Of a DNA stretch of 64,000 nucleotides, positions 1 to 10,655 are shown piece after piece. The notes beneath the pieces were generated by a model, which worked only from the letters and a program-made list of their open reading frames with translations, ran no database searches and was not told the origin of the DNA. Made by a program: the position numbers and the translations under genes. Numbering within the stretch: position 1 is the first letter of the stretch; every line of letters begins with the position of its first letter. The stretch comes from Halarcobacter sp. Its GTDB lineage: Bacteria; Campylobacterota; Campylobacteria; Campylobacterales; Arcobacteraceae. Location: positions 2,432,001 to 2,496,000 of the forward strand of contig CP182352.1 of assembly GCA_048571215.1 (NCBI GenBank), in the 5' to 3' direction.

Positions 1-179
1 GCTTTACCTATTTGTTCTTCATCATTATTTACTTCATAAACTTCAAAAAAAGTTCCTATTTCCATAAGAACTACAGTATTTTTTCCATACTTTTTTTCAA
101 ATAGTTTTTGAAGTTTAAAATATGTTACTGTTAGCAGTGTTTTTTTATCATCTAATAACTCTTGAACTTCTTCTCTCAA
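1..179 (-). CDS. MutS-family protein, N-terminal 59 codons only (runs off the window)
   Basis: Manual translation from TTG at 179: MREEVQELLDDKKTLLTVTYFKLQKLFEKKYGKNTVVLMEIGTFFEVYEVNNDEEQIGK; VLMEIGTFFEVY matches the MutS domain I mismatch-recognition motif (G-x-F-F/Y-E). Confidence 0.7.
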   Translation of the reverse strand, partial: MREEVQELLDDKKTLLTVTYFKLQKLFEKKYGKNTVVLMEIGTFFEVYEVNNDEEQIGK

Positions 180-180
180 C

Positions 181-600
181 TTATTTCATCACTCCTGTCC
201 AATCTCTTATCATACTTCTTTGCTCTTTTGTTAAATTTGCTTCATCATGCATCAATAAATAACTTTGTAGAGGCATTGCTGCATATACAGTTCTAAATAT
301 CCCTTTTAATTTTTTCTTTTTTTCTTTTTCCGTATAGTTTTCCCAAGTAGAAAAATTTAAAGCTGCTTTTCCATGTTTTACGTGTCTTGCTATCATCCAT
401 GAAAAAGGTGCTATATCTGAATACCATGGCCATTTAACTTCATTTGAATGACAATCATAACAAGAGGTTTTAAAAACACTCATAACCTCTTGTGGTGCTT
501 TTATTTCTAACTCTTTAGAAGTTTGCTCATTGTTTTTATCTATTCTTATAAATTGTATTGCAATTAAAACTAATATGGTAAAAAAAATTGTTTTTTTCAT
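181..600 (-). CDS. Exported haem-binding (c-type cytochrome) domain protein
   Basis: N-terminal hydrophobic segment, CYDCH haem motif, WPWYS and AMP motifs typical of the Haem_bd family. Confidence 0.85.
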   Translation of the reverse strand: MKKTIFFTILVLIAIQFIRIDKNNEQTSKELEIKAPQEVMSVFKTSCYDCHSNEVKWPWYSDIAPFSWMIARHVKHGKAALNFSTWENYTEKEKKKKLKGIFRTVYAAMPLQSYLLMHDEANLTKEQRSMIRDWTGVMK

Positions 601-604
601 AAAA

Positions 605-934
605 TTAATCCATTAATAAGGTATACGGTCTTTTTATCTCATCAATAAATTGATAAATAGATATGTTTCTTCCATATCTTTTAAACTCTTTTGAATCAAA
701 AAAAACTAGTATTGTTGGAATAGAAAATACCGAAAAACTACTTGCTATCTCTTTATACAAGTCACATTTTACTTCATAAAGTTCTATTTTTGGAAAGTTT
801 TGCTCTATTGCAGTTTTTATTTTAGGTTTTAAATCTTTACAAACTGAACAATTCTTTCCACTAAAATATACAAGTACCGCTTGTTTGGTACTTATATAGT
901 CATTTAATTTTTCAACTTGGTTTATTTGATTCAT
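605..934 (-). CDS. Thioredoxin family protein
   Basis: CSVC motif and downstream SIPT cis-Pro loop, 109 aa. Confidence 0.85.
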   Translation of the reverse strand: MNQINQVEKLNDYISTKQAVLVYFSGKNCSVCKDLKPKIKTAIEQNFPKIELYEVKCDLYKEIASSFSVFSIPTILVFFDSKEFKRYGRNISIYQFIDEIKRPYTLLMD

Positions 935-2951
935 TTGCTACTAAAACTGATTCAGAAATTTTTTCTTCAACTTTTTTCTCTTCCTCTTTAATTAGTTTTT
1001 CTGTATCATTTTCTGGATTTGTATGATCTTTTCTATTAACAAAAATATCATGTCTACTTAAACTAATCCCTTTCATATGAGTAAGAGGGAAGGCAAAAGC
1101 CATACCTTTTCCTGTTGTTGTTATATGTAAAGTGTGAATAATAGATCTAATTACAGGATTTACTAAACTTTGTGGAAGTAAAAATAAAAGTAATGCATCA
1201 TTTGCTTCAAAAGATGTTCTATAGAAGTTATCCATTTTTCCTAAGCCCATACCATCAGCTCTAAGAACTGTAACTCCAGGAGCCCCTGCTTTATTTGCTG
1301 CTTGTATTGCATCTATTTTTTTATCTTTTGGTACAATAATAACTACTGCACTAAAATCCATAGGTAAAGAGTGTCGTCTATCACTTCCATCAATATTTAC
1401 TGTAGCTAAATCCATATTCTCAGCATCAATAAGTGCATCTCTTAAGATATTAGCAGCTTCAATTTCAGTATCTGATTTAACTCCAAGTTTTTCTGTAATA
1501 ATCCCATATAACATAACAGTAATCATAGGAAATAAAGAAGCAAAAGCAATTAATCCAAACCCATCAATTAAAGGACTTCTTCCAGGTATATTTGTGGCAA
1601 GTCCAATACCAAGGGCTGCAACTAATGGAACTGTTACAGTTGAAGTTGTAACCCCACCACTATCATATGCAATTGGAATAATATATTTTGGAGCAACAAA
1701 AGTTAAAACAATAACTAAAATATACCCAACTATAATATAGTAATGGATATGTCCCCCATCAACAATTCTAAAAGCACCAAGAGCAATACCAATTGCCACA
1801 CCAAAAGCAACAAATATTCTTAAGGCAAAATCATTTATCTTACCATCACTAATCTCTCTAGCCTTCTTTGCAATAGCCATAAGTGCAGGTTCTGCCATAG
1901 TTGTAGAAAAACCAATAGCAAATGCAAAAGCATAAATTATTAGTACAGAATCACTCTTTGTGAGTTGATAAGCCATAGTCTCACCAAGAGAGAAAAGACC
2001 TAATTCTAAACCTAAAATAAATGCATATAAACCTAAAATTACTAAAATAAATCCAAGAAATACAGTTTTTAAATTTTGAATAGGTTTTTTTAGAACTCCA
2101 TATTGAAAAAAGAATATAATTGCCAAGATAGGAACTACATCTTTTACAACTGATATGATTCCAGTGATTATTGAGTTTATAGAGATATCTGTTGGAACAG
2201 ATGCATTTGCATCTAAAACTACACTTGCCACATCTTTAGCATCAACTAGAGAATAAACTGCAATTCCATAAATTTGTACAAAAATCATAGGAGTTAGTGA
2301 AGCAAAAGCTATAAGTCCAAAACCATCAATTACAGGATTTCGTCCCTTTATTGAAGAAGCAAGACCAATTCCTAATGCAGCAACTAAAGGAACTGTAACT
2401 GTTGAAGTTGTAACTCCACCTAAATCATAAGCAAGTCCTATAATCTCAGCAGGTGCAAAAAATGTAACACCTACAACCAATAAATATCCAACAATTATAT
2501 AATAGTGTATTGGATGACCTTTAATGATTCTAAATACACCCAAAAGAATCGCAAAGCCAACTGAACCTGCAACAACCAATCTTAAAATAGTTGCATCAAT
2601 TCTACCACTTGAGATAGAAGCTGCTTTATCAGCAATAACAGCAAGTGCAGGCTCAGCAATAGTTGTACCAAAGCCAATTAAAAAACCAAATATTAAAACC
2701 CATACTATGGAGCTGTGTTTTGCAAAATCCCTAGCTAGACCCTCTCCAACAGGGAAAATACCTATTTCTAGACCTTGTAAAAATATTGCTAAACCAACAC
2801 CAACTATACATAATCCAATAGCTGTTGAAACCCAGCCTTCAGGAACTGCTTGAATAATTGCAAGTTGAAAAAATAAAATAACTAAAACAATAGGAAGCAA
2901 GTCTCTAAATGAGTCTTTTAAAAGCCTTAAAAAAAAGTTAAACTGCATCAC
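912..2951 (-). CDS. Tandem DUF1538 membrane protein fused to a C-terminal PII-like domain
   Basis: Two homologous hydrophobic halves, each with TTxAEPAL, [17 protein letters not shown] and [12 protein letters not shown]; soluble tail with [15 protein letters not shown] and [10 protein letters not shown] resembling GlnB-like proteins. Confidence 0.8.
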   Translation of the reverse strand: MMQFNFFLRLLKDSFRDLLPIVLVILFFQLAIIQAVPEGWVSTAIGLCIVGVGLAIFLQGLEIGIFPVGEGLARDFAKHSSIVWVLIFGFLIGFGTTIAEPALAVIADKAASISSGRIDATILRLVVAGSVGFAILLGVFRIIKGHPIHYYIIVGYLLVVGVTFFAPAEIIGLAYDLGGVTTSTVTVPLVAALGIGLASSIKGRNPVIDGFGLIAFASLTPMIFVQIYGIAVYSLVDAKDVASVVLDANASVPTDISINSIITGIISVVKDVVPILAIIFFFQYGVLKKPIQNLKTVFLGFILVILGLYAFILGLELGLFSLGETMAYQLTKSDSVLIIYAFAFAIGFSTTMAEPALMAIAKKAREISDGKINDFALRIFVAFGVAIGIALGAFRIVDGGHIHYYIIVGYILVIVLTFVAPKYIIPIAYDSGGVTTSTVTVPLVAALGIGLATNIPGRSPLIDGFGLIAFASLFPMITVMLYGIITEKLGVKSDTEIEAANILRDALIDAENMDLATVNIDGSDRRHSLPMDFSAVVIIVPKDKKIDAIQAANKAGAPGVTVLRADGMGLGKMDNFYRTSFEANDALLLFLLPQSLVNPVIRSIIHTLHITTTGKGMAFAFPLTHMKGISLSRHDIFVNRKDHTNPENDTEKLIKEEEKKVEEKISESVLVANESNKPS

Positions 2952-3651
2952 TAATAGTCCCTTTTACCTGTTTATTAAACTTTTCTAAATCTGAGGTTTT
3001 CCCTATTACCACTAAAATATCTCCCTCATCAATTTTATGATTTATTCCTTTTGTATTAAAAATAAACTTATCTCCTAATTCTTTATCCATTATACCAATA
3101 ATTAATATATTATATTGCTTATGTATTATTATATCTTTAAAAAAAGTTCCATTTAAAATAGATTCTTTTTCTATATATATCTCTGAAATATTTAAATCGG
3201 ATTTACTAAAAAGTATCTCATCTAAAACCTCTAACATCAGCGGTTTTGTCATATGTCTATAGATTCTATGGGCACCTAATTCATTTGGATTAAGAACTTT
3301 TGTTGCACCTGCAATTGTAAGTTTTTTTGATTCTGCTTTTGTTTTAGAAGTTGTAATTATTTTTAAATCTTTATTTAAATTTCTAGCAGATAAAGTTACA
3401 AATAGATTATTTTTATTACTATTACTAACACAAAATAAAGAATCAATACCATTTTGTATCCCTAATGCTATTAATTCATTATCATTTAACAAGGTTGAAT
3501 TATTTATATTAAAGCCATCTTTTTGTGCCATTTTTAATTCATCTTCGTCAAAACTAACTATAATAACCTTATACCCTTTATCATCAAGTATATTTGCTAT
3601 TTTTGAACCAAGTGTTGTGTAGCCATAAATTATAATATTTTTTTTCATCAT
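2938..3651 (-). CDS. Stand-alone TrkA/RCK-family potassium transport regulatory protein
   Basis: Rossmann-like N-terminus, [12 protein letters not shown] and AGATKVLNP motifs, TrkA_C-like tail; paralogous to the C-terminus of the adjacent channel. Confidence 0.85.
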   Translation of the reverse strand: MMKKNIIIYGYTTLGSKIANILDDKGYKVIIVSFDEDELKMAQKDGFNINNSTLLNDNELIALGIQNGIDSLFCVSNSNKNNLFVTLSARNLNKDLKIITTSKTKAESKKLTIAGATKVLNPNELGAHRIYRHMTKPLMLEVLDEILFSKSDLNISEIYIEKESILNGTFFKDIIIHKQYNILIIGIMDKELGDKFIFNTKGINHKIDEGDILVVIGKTSDLEKFNKQVKGTISDAV

Positions 3652-3658
3652 AAACTTT

Positions 3659-5215
3659 CTAAAACTTTTTTATCAAAAAATCAGTTTTTAACTCTTTTAA
3701 AGACTCTTTATACCCAATCACTATCAAAATATCTTTCTCTTTTATTATATAATTAAAATTTATAGGATTAAAAATAAATTGATGATTATTTGAAGTATTT
3801 ATTACTCCAATTAGTGTTAAATTATAATCTTCAAAATTTATTATATTTAGATTTTTATCTATAATATTCATCCCATCTACAATCTCAACCTCATCAACTT
3901 GAGCTGAAACATCTTCATTTAGAAGTATCCCATCAACTGCCTCAAAAGCAACAGGCTGTCCTATATATTCCCCTGCAACATAGGCACTGATTTGATTTGA
4001 ATTAATTATAAAATTAGCTCCTGCAAGTTTTAGTTTACCCTCAACTTCTTGGTCATTTACTAAAGTAATAATCTCTATATTTTCATTTAATGTTCTTGCA
4101 CCTAAAACTATAGATAGATTTGTCGCATCATCTTCACTAAGTGTGATAATAGTTGTAGCACCATCTCCAACCCCAATTTTTTTAAGAAAATCCATATTTG
4201 TTGAATCCCCAGATATTGCAAGAAGATTATCATCTTTAGCATTTAAAACTTTTTGCTCATCATGGTCAACTATTAAAACTTTTGTTTTTTGTTTGACAAG
4301 CTCTTTTGCCAAATTTTTAGCCATAACATCATAACCACAAATCACTACAAATTTTTTTAGTTTTTGTACCTCATTTTCAACTCTTATTTTTTTAATAGAT
4401 TCCATTCTCTCTGCTAAGGCAGTTGTAACAATAGAGGTACTAAAAGCGATTACTAAAAAACCATTTATTATTAAAACTAAGGTTACTAGTTTTCCCTCGG
4501 GAGTTATAGGCACAATATCTCCATAACCAACCGTTGAAATTGTAATTAAAGACCAATATACTGCATCAAAAAAATGATTAATATTATCATTAACTCCACT
4601 TGGTCCTTCATATACAAATATAATTGTTGAACCAAAAAATATAACAATACTACTTAAAATCATTAAAGTATATAATTCAAATTTTCTTTCAACGAAAATA
4701 TTTAAAAACTCTTTTAATGAATTCGTATATCGTAATATTTTAAAAAGTCTAAAAAGCATAAAAATTCTTAATACTCTAAGTGGTCTATATGCTGGAAGTA
4801 TTGCTAATAAGTCAATAATAGACATGGGAGAAAATATAAACTCAAACTTCTCTTTTATAGCTTTTTTTATGGATTTAGATAGTTTATATTTTTTTGCTAA
4901 AAACATAGCTTCTTCATAATCATTGATTATGGTTTTTCTTATATCACTACATACCCACAATCTTCCCAACCACTCCACTATAAAAACACCTATGGCTAAA
5001 TACTCATATGTGATTAATAAAGACATTTTAGTATGATTAACTTCATAAATTAAGATTCCTATGGTACTTAAGACCAAGAATATCATAAAAAAATCAAAAT
5101 ATTTTTTGTATTTATATTGGGGGTTTTCTAATATATTTCTAGTAAATTCTTTAAAGTTTGTGTATATAAGTGAACTATCAAGATGGTAGGATATTGTTAC
5201 AATTGGATTTTTCAT
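3659..5215 (-). CDS. Six-TM potassium channel with C-terminal RCK domain
   Basis: Selectivity filter TVGYGD, S4-like RPLRVLRIFMLFRLFKILR, RCK domain. Confidence 0.92.
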   Translation of the reverse strand: MKNPIVTISYHLDSSLIYTNFKEFTRNILENPQYKYKKYFDFFMIFLVLSTIGILIYEVNHTKMSLLITYEYLAIGVFIVEWLGRLWVCSDIRKTIINDYEEAMFLAKKYKLSKSIKKAIKEKFEFIFSPMSIIDLLAILPAYRPLRVLRIFMLFRLFKILRYTNSLKEFLNIFVERKFELYTLMILSSIVIFFGSTIIFVYEGPSGVNDNINHFFDAVYWSLITISTVGYGDIVPITPEGKLVTLVLIINGFLVIAFSTSIVTTALAERMESIKKIRVENEVQKLKKFVVICGYDVMAKNLAKELVKQKTKVLIVDHDEQKVLNAKDDNLLAISGDSTNMDFLKKIGVGDGATTIITLSEDDATNLSIVLGARTLNENIEIITLVNDQEVEGKLKLAGANFIINSNQISAYVAGEYIGQPVAFEAVDGILLNEDVSAQVDEVEIVDGMNIIDKNLNIINFEDYNLTLIGVINTSNNHQFIFNPINFNYIIKEKDILIVIGYKESLKELKTDFLIKKF

Positions 5216-5221
5216 TTTATT

Positions 5222-5247
5222 AACAAGGAAGTTTTATCCTCCTTGTT
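5222..5247. terminator. Stem-loop immediately after the leuA stop (possible weak terminator)
   Basis: Minus strand AACAAGGAGG-ataaaa-CTTCCTTGTT, 10-bp stem with one G-U pair; poor U-tract. Confidence 0.45.
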
Positions 5248-6801
5248 TTATACCTGATGCTCTTTATTTTTTTCAAGTCTTTCTTTTTGAGAAAGGTATG
5301 AATTTAAGGCACCTAAATAAGCTTTTGCCGTTGCAAGCATTGTATCTATACTTAAACCATGTCCAACAAAAGCTGGGCTTGTTTCATCAAAAGACACTCT
5401 TGTTGTAACTTTAGCTAAGGCATCTTTTCCTTCAGTTACTGATATAACTTTATAATCTTTTAACTCACCATTATATCCAGTAAGTCTATCAATTGTTTTA
5501 AAAATTGCATCCATAGTTCCATTTCCAATATTTGCATCTGTCATAACTTCATCTTTATATTTAATAGATACAGCTGCTGTTGGAACACCATTTGAACAAT
5601 CTGATATTTGTAAACCAACTAACTCATAAGTTTTTATAGAATTTAAGGCTTCATCAGTGATTAACATTCTAATATCATCATCTGTAACCTCTTTTTTCTT
5701 ATCAGCTAATATTTTAAATCTTTCAAAAGCAGAATTTAACTCATTTTCTGTAACCTTATCAAAACCTAAGTGCTCTATTTTATCTCTAAATGCTGCACGA
5801 CCTGAGTGTTTACCTAAAATCAATGTTGAATCTTTAAATACACCAACATCTTCAGGTTTCATAATCTCATATGTTTCTTGATGTTTCAACACACCATCTT
5901 GGTGAATACCACTTTCATGGGCAAAGGCATTTTTACCAACAATTGCTTTGTTTTGTTGTGGTTCTACCCCAGTTATTGTTGAAACTAATTTAGAAGTTGC
6001 ATAAATCTCCGGAGTATTAATATTTGTATATAAATCTCCAAAGGCATCTTTTCTTGTCTTTATAGCCATTACAGCCTCTTCTAAAGCTGAGTTTCCTGCT
6101 CTTTCACCTAAACCATTTATTGTAACTTCTATTTGTCTAGCACCATTTAAAACAGCACTTAATGTATTTGCTGTAGACAATCCTAAGTCATTATGATTAT
6201 GTACAGAGATGATCGCTCTATCTCCTGCAAAATCACTTAATTCTTTAACCATTGCACCTAATTCTGTTGGTAATCTATATCCAACTGTATCTGGCAAGTT
6301 AATAGTTCTTGCTCCAGCAGAGATAACCGCATCCATAACCTCTTTCATAAAAGGTATTTCTGATCTTCCTGCATCTTCTAATGAGAACTCTACATCATCA
6401 ACAAATGTTCTTGCATACTCAACTGCATGAACTGCTCTTTTAATAACTTCATCTGGACTCATTTTTAATTTATATTGCATATGAATCGGACTTGTTGCTA
6501 TAAAGGTGTGAATTCTGTGTTTAGGAGCTTTTGAAACTGCTATACCAGATTGTTTAATATCATTTTCGATTGCTCTACTCAATGAACAAATACTAGAGTT
6601 TTTTACTACTTCAGCTATTCTACTTACTGCATCAAAGTCTCCTGGACTTGCTGCAGCAAAACCTGCTTCAATAATATCAACACCTAATTTTTCTAATTGT
6701 AAAGCGACTTTTATTTTTTCTTCTGTATTCATAGAACAACCAGGAGATTGTTCACCGTCTCTTAATGTAGTATCAAATACGTATATTCTATTCTTATCCA
6801 T
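5248..6801 (-). CDS. leuA: 2-isopropylmalate synthase
   Basis: [20 protein letters not shown] and HESGIHQDG motifs plus the C-terminal regulatory domain. Confidence 0.97.
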   Translation of the reverse strand: MDKNRIYVFDTTLRDGEQSPGCSMNTEEKIKVALQLEKLGVDIIEAGFAAASPGDFDAVSRIAEVVKNSSICSLSRAIENDIKQSGIAVSKAPKHRIHTFIATSPIHMQYKLKMSPDEVIKRAVHAVEYARTFVDDVEFSLEDAGRSEIPFMKEVMDAVISAGARTINLPDTVGYRLPTELGAMVKELSDFAGDRAIISVHNHNDLGLSTANTLSAVLNGARQIEVTINGLGERAGNSALEEAVMAIKTRKDAFGDLYTNINTPEIYATSKLVSTITGVEPQQNKAIVGKNAFAHESGIHQDGVLKHQETYEIMKPEDVGVFKDSTLILGKHSGRAAFRDKIEHLGFDKVTENELNSAFERFKILADKKKEVTDDDIRMLITDEALNSIKTYELVGLQISDCSNGVPTAAVSIKYKDEVMTDANIGNGTMDAIFKTIDRLTGYNGELKDYKVISVTEGKDALAKVTTRVSFDETSPAFVGHGLSIDTMLATAKAYLGALNSYLSQKERLEKNKEHQV

Positions 6802-6902
6802 GTTTTGCCTTTGTAAATTGCATAATATTATATCTTTTTTTTAATATAAAAAAAGTAAAAATAAGTTTTTTTGTGATTGTGTATATTTAAAAAATTTAAA
6901 TA

Positions 6903-6980
6903 TTAGAGTGATTTTGAAAGCAGCAGAAGAGAGTTAACACTTTTTATAAAATGGTTATTATAAAAATTAAATATTTTCAT
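6903..6980 (-). CDS. Putative leucine-sensing leader peptide of leuA (MKIFNFYNNHFIKSVNSLLLLSKSL)
   Basis: 25-aa ORF with AAGGAG 7 nt before the ATG, CTT CTG CTG CTT Leu run, ending about 100 nt upstream of leuA. Confidence 0.8.
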   Translation of the reverse strand: MKIFNFYNNHFIKSVNSLLLLSKSL

Positions 6981-7012
6981 TATTACTCTCCTTGTTTTAT
7001 TTTGAATACGAA

Positions 7013-7041
7013 ATTATATTAGTTTAAAATTTTTTTGTCAA
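7013..7041 (-). promoter_or_regulatory. Sigma70 promoter for the leader peptide and leuA
   Basis: TTGACA (7041-7036), 17-nt spacer, TATAAT (7018-7013). Confidence 0.85.
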
Positions 7042-7063
7042 GAGTTTTTGATATTTTTATCTT

Positions 7064-7672
7064 CTACTCTTCACCTTCTTTTGTAGGAAGTATTGCTAAT
7101 GTTGTTTCCCCTGAGCTTACTTTATCTCCAATTTTTACTACAATATGATTTGTATTTTCAATAGTAACTGTAATTTGTCCTTGTAAAAAAATACCTATTT
7201 TTTCACATTTTCTTAAACTATTTGTTTGAGTAACATCAATTGCAATATTATACATTGAAGAGTATAGATTTAGTGTAGAGTTTGCAAATTTTATTATCGC
7301 TTTTTCATTTAGTTTTTTTGCTTTATATGAACTAAGATTTAAATTTAAACCTCTATTATATGTAACTTCATAATCCCCATCCTCTACAGCTCTTAGTATA
7401 TGATTTGAACATAAAGATACATCAATAAAAATCTCTTTTTTATTATCTATTGTATCTATAGCAGTGATAACTCCTGAAATAGGAGCTACTATATCACTTG
7501 TATTATTATTAAAATTTATTTGTTTATTTCTAAAGATATAGATTAAAAATAGTGTTAAAACAAAAGTTATAAAAACTAGAAAACCACACTCAATTAGTAT
7601 TGAGATTATCATTGCAATAAATGAAATACCTACTGCTTTTTGTCCCTCTTTTGCTATAACACTATCAAACAT
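7064..7672 (-). CDS. Phosphatidylserine decarboxylase-related membrane protein, probably lacking the autocleavage motif
   Basis: IAKEG N-terminus, TM pair, FRN...IVAPISG, HILRA, VKIGDKVSSGET; same position after ftsH as in Campylobacter; no (F/L)GS motif. Confidence 0.7.
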   Translation of the reverse strand: MFDSVIAKEGQKAVGISFIAMIISILIECGFLVFITFVLTLFLIYIFRNKQINFNNNTSDIVAPISGVITAIDTIDNKKEIFIDVSLCSNHILRAVEDGDYEVTYNRGLNLNLSSYKAKKLNEKAIIKFANSTLNLYSSMYNIAIDVTQTNSLRKCEKIGIFLQGQITVTIENTNHIVVKIGDKVSSGETTLAILPTKEGEE

Positions 7673-7674
7673 AT

Positions 7675-9738
7675 TTACTCTTTTTTGTTTTTGTTTTCTT
7701 CTTCATTAGATGAAGAATTATCTTCACTAACATCAGTTTTAGAAGAATCTTCAACATCAACTTTATCTGTTGTTGTATCCTCTTCAGTTAAAGCTTCACT
7801 ATGTAAGTCTTCATCTTCAAAAACTTCTCCACCATGTTCTTTAATAATTTCTCTTACTCTTTCACCACTTATAACTTCAATATCTAATAACTCTTTTGTC
7901 ATATGCTCTATTGCATCTTTATTATCTTTTAAAGATTGCACTACAGATTCATATCTATCATTTAGTGATTTTCTAATAAAATCATCAAGACTTTTTGCCA
8001 TATCATCAGAAAAATCTTTTTGTGTTTGTCCACCTAAGAATTGATTAGATCTTTTTTCTAAAACCATTAAACCTGCTACTTCACTCATACCATAAACAGA
8101 TGCCATTGATTTAATAATATCAGTTGCTCTTTCTAAGTCATTTCCAGCACCAGTACTAATCTCACCGATAAATACCTCTTCTGCTGCTCGTCCACCAAGT
8201 AGCGTATCAACTTCAGCTATAAGTTCATGCTTTTGCATTAAGTATTTATTCTCTTCTGGTGTATTTAAGGTATATCCAAGTGCAGCCAAACCTCTTGGTA
8301 CAATTGATACTTTATTTACTTTTTTAGCACCTTTAGTAATCTCTGCAATTAAAGCATGTCCACTTTCATGATAAGCAACAATTTTTCTCTCTTTTGGAGA
8401 TATTCTTCTTGATTTTTTCTCTAAACCAGCTATTTGTCTCTCAACTGCTTCCTTAAAGTCATCATAAGTAACCTCTTCTTTGTTAACTCTACCAGCAAGT
8501 AATGCAGCCTCATTAATAATATTTGCTAAATCAGCACCTGCAAGTCCTGCTGTCATTCTAGCAACTTCAACTAAATCTACATCTTTACCAAGTTTAACAC
8601 CTTTGATATGTACATTTAAAATCTCTTTTCTACCTTCAAAATCAGGTTTATCAACTAAAACTTGTCTATCAAATCTTCCAGGTCTTAATAGTGCTGGGTC
8701 TAATACTTCTGGTCTATTTGTAGCGGCAAGAACAATTACAGGAGCACTTTCTGTAGAGAAACCATCCATCTCAGCTAAAAGTTGATTTAGAGTTTGTTCC
8801 CTTTCATCATTTCCACCCATAGGTCCACCACTTGCTCTACTTTTACCAATAGCATCAATCTCATCAATAAAAATAATAGCAGGAGCAACTTTTTTTGCTT
8901 GTTCAAACAAGTCTCTAACTCTACTTGCTCCAACTCCAACAAACATCTCAATGAAAGCTGAACCAGAAACAGACAAGAACTCAACATCTGCTTCCCCTGC
9001 AACTGCTTTTGCTAGAAGAGTTTTACCAGTACCTGGAGGTCCCACAAGTAAAACACCTTTTGGAATTTGAGCTCCAAGTTTAATATATCTTTCAGGAGAT
9101 GAAAGGAAATCAACTACCTCTTGAACTTCCTCTTTAGCCTCTTTATTTCCAGCCATATCTTCAAATTTTACTTTTGGTTTTTCAGAATTAATCATCTTTT
9201 TAGAGCTTCCAATTCCAAGGATTCCCCCTGAACCTCCACCCATTGATTTACTCATTCTCTTAGCTAAGAACATCCAAATTGCAAAAAAGATAAAAATAGG
9301 TAAAACCCAACCAAAAAGAATATCTGCTAATATATTCTCTTCATTTATACCACCATAATTAATTCCATTTTTTTCTAAAGTTGGAACTAATGTTTCATCA
9401 GGGATAACTCTTCTTGCTGTATATGTGGTTATCTGACCATTTGTTGGTTTTGATACAGCTTTAATTTGTGTATTTCCAATACCTACATACTCAATTTTTC
9501 CAGAACTAATCAATTTTTTTAACTCAGAATAAGCAACAGTTTGTTTTTTTGATTGTCCTGCACTCCCCATTATACCTTGGGTTCCCATTGTAGAACTTGT
9601 TCCTTCTGGGAACACTGCTTTAAAAACAATAATTGTAACAATTGAGAAAATAACAAATACTAATAGTGGATTATTATTAAAAAAATTGTTGTTATTATCC
9701 CCACCGTTGTTGTTATTGCCTTTTTTTCCATTTTTCAT
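7675..9738 (-). CDS. ftsH: ATP-dependent zinc metalloprotease FtsH
   Basis: Two TM segments, [14 protein letters not shown], second region of homology, HESGH zinc motif. Confidence 0.97.
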   Translation of the reverse strand: MKNGKKGNNNNGGDNNNNFFNNNPLLVFVIFSIVTIIVFKAVFPEGTSSTMGTQGIMGSAGQSKKQTVAYSELKKLISSGKIEYVGIGNTQIKAVSKPTNGQITTYTARRVIPDETLVPTLEKNGINYGGINEENILADILFGWVLPIFIFFAIWMFLAKRMSKSMGGGSGGILGIGSSKKMINSEKPKVKFEDMAGNKEAKEEVQEVVDFLSSPERYIKLGAQIPKGVLLVGPPGTGKTLLAKAVAGEADVEFLSVSGSAFIEMFVGVGASRVRDLFEQAKKVAPAIIFIDEIDAIGKSRASGGPMGGNDEREQTLNQLLAEMDGFSTESAPVIVLAATNRPEVLDPALLRPGRFDRQVLVDKPDFEGRKEILNVHIKGVKLGKDVDLVEVARMTAGLAGADLANIINEAALLAGRVNKEEVTYDDFKEAVERQIAGLEKKSRRISPKERKIVAYHESGHALIAEITKGAKKVNKVSIVPRGLAALGYTLNTPEENKYLMQKHELIAEVDTLLGGRAAEEVFIGEISTGAGNDLERATDIIKSMASVYGMSEVAGLMVLEKRSNQFLGGQTQKDFSDDMAKSLDDFIRKSLNDRYESVVQSLKDNKDAIEHMTKELLDIEVISGERVREIIKEHGGEVFEDEDLHSEALTEEDTTTDKVDVEDSSKTDVSEDNSSSNEEENKNKKE

Positions 9739-9752
9739 TAAATAAAACTCCT

Positions 9753-10565
9753 TTATTTTTTAAAAACTACAGTTATCCATTCATTTTTATGGATTAACTC
9801 TACTTGTACTAAATCAGTAAATTTTTTCAAAACCTTATCTATATGTTTGTCTAATATTCCTGATATTATTAAAATACCCTTATCATTTAAGCATTTTTTT
9901 AAATCTTTAGCTATAAAAACTAGCACATCAGCTACAATATTTGCAATAACAACATCATACTTTTTTCTTGCGTTGTTTGCTGAACCTAACCAAGAGTTCT
10001 CATAAGTGATACTATTTAATTCAAAATTAGAGCTTGTATCTTTTATACAAACTTCATCGGTATCACAAATATCAACTTTTGAACCAAGTTTAGCAGCTGC
10101 AATTGCAAGTATTCCACTTCCAGTTCCAACATCTAAAACCTTGTCATCTTTTTTGGCATATTTGCTTATTGCCTCTAGGCAACTTGATGTTGTTTCATGA
10201 TGACCTGAGCCAAATGATAATGCTGGGTCTATAATTATATCAATTTTATCTTTACTTTTATTATCCCATGAAGGTCTAATAAAAAACTTTCCAACCTCTA
10301 CTGATTTTACAGAGTTTTGATACTGCTTAATCCAATCTATATTCTCTTTTTTTGTTAAAATAGTTTCACACTCTACATCTAAGGCCTTAGCAAACTCTTT
10401 TATACCAAACTCTACATCACTTAAATCATCTTCACTTCTTGCTATCAAACTATCATTGTTTTCCTCAATTGCACCATTTGTCAAAGTTACTAACAAATCT
10501 GCAAAAGCTTCAAAATGTTTTTTGGGTTTGATAATTAATTCATAATAGTATTCAGACAAAAACAT
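9753..10565 (-). CDS. prmA: Ribosomal protein L11 methyltransferase
   Basis: IDPALSFGSGHHETT, VLDVGTGSGIL, ANIVA. Confidence 0.95.
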   Translation of the reverse strand: MFLSEYYYELIIKPKKHFEAFADLLVTLTNGAIEENNDSLIARSEDDLSDVEFGIKEFAKALDVECETILTKKENIDWIKQYQNSVKSVEVGKFFIRPSWDNKSKDKIDIIIDPALSFGSGHHETTSSCLEAISKYAKKDDKVLDVGTGSGILAIAAAKLGSKVDICDTDEVCIKDTSSNFELNSITYENSWLGSANNARKKYDVVIANIVADVLVFIAKDLKKCLNDKGILIISGILDKHIDKVLKKFTDLVQVELIHKNEWITVVFKK

Positions 10566-10655
10566 AACCTTTTTTATTTTTGGTTTGTATAAAATCTAAT
10601 TAAAATTTATTCAAACCATATTTACTTAAAAGATTATATTTTAGCTAAAATGTTA

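Noticed and set aside
9670..9720. Asn-codon runs at the FtsH N-terminus ([17 protein letters not shown]) as a contingency locus
   Set aside because: Mixed AAC/AAT triplets that stay in frame; a low-complexity tail, not a switch.
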